Source of the DNA: a virus | Virus record (IMG/VR): IMGVR_UViG_3300037137_001027 | Span: 32,001-96,000 of that record | Strand: one strand, 5' to 3' | DNA length: 64,000 nt | Shown here: piece after piece, positions 63,921-64,000 of the stretch | Numbering within the stretch: position 1 is the first letter of the stretch | How the letters are laid out: each line of letters opens with the position of its first letter | Translations under genes and position numbers: made by a program | The notes under the pieces: model-generated | Databases searched by the model: none | What the model saw: only the letters and a program-made list of their open reading frames with translations | What the model was told of the DNA's origin: nothing

Positions 63921-64000
63921 CATTGTTTTTCCCTGAAAATCAGTTATCATGGTTTTTGACCAATTCAACAAGGGTCCAACCAATGTACGATATTAAATCA

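Noticed and set aside
1-64000. Many - strand ORFs containing LVQPQL/ISTTSI and + strand extensions with IEVVLI/NWGCTN
   Set aside because: They are translations of the repeated promoter motif and antisense shadows of real + strand genes.
1-64000. Stop-codon reassignment
   Set aside because: TAA, TAG and TGA all end genes directly before repeats or the next gene, and recognisable enzymes are intact in code 11.

Overview
This window looks like part of a large (jumbo-type) bacteriophage genome. It holds >150 mostly small, almost all + strand ORFs in standard genetic code, with no clear capsid, tail or terminase, polymerase, integrase or cas genes. Recognisable products: two RNA ligases (DRB0094-type, T4 Rnl1-type), a P-loop kinase, a CCA-adding enzyme, a cyclic-phosphate receiver domain, PcfJ-like, DnaJ-domain, SprT-like and DUF932 proteins, a DNA methyltransferase, a split SF2-like helicase, KH and L7/L12-like domains, and tRNA-Glu(TTC). 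The dominant structure is an 18-bp motif, AATTGAGGTTGTACTAAT (about 90 copies by manual count, all but one on +). It behaves like a phage promoter with a start 9 nt after TACT. From ~48.5 to 63.1 kb it sits inside a ~75-85 bp modular repeat (hairpin + promoter + leader/RBS) that separates roughly 40 mostly single-gene cassettes; this array ends abruptly at an AT-rich boundary. Other highlights: a 136-nt tmRNA-like gene with an intact tRNA-like domain but no tag-reading region; many cassette proteins ending in ssrA-like -AA; a strand-skew switch with repeats at 38.4-39.7 kb (candidate origin); and a 55-bp copy of a cassette gene lodged between 22-bp direct repeats. All calls come from visual motif recognition. 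No searches were run and counts are manual.
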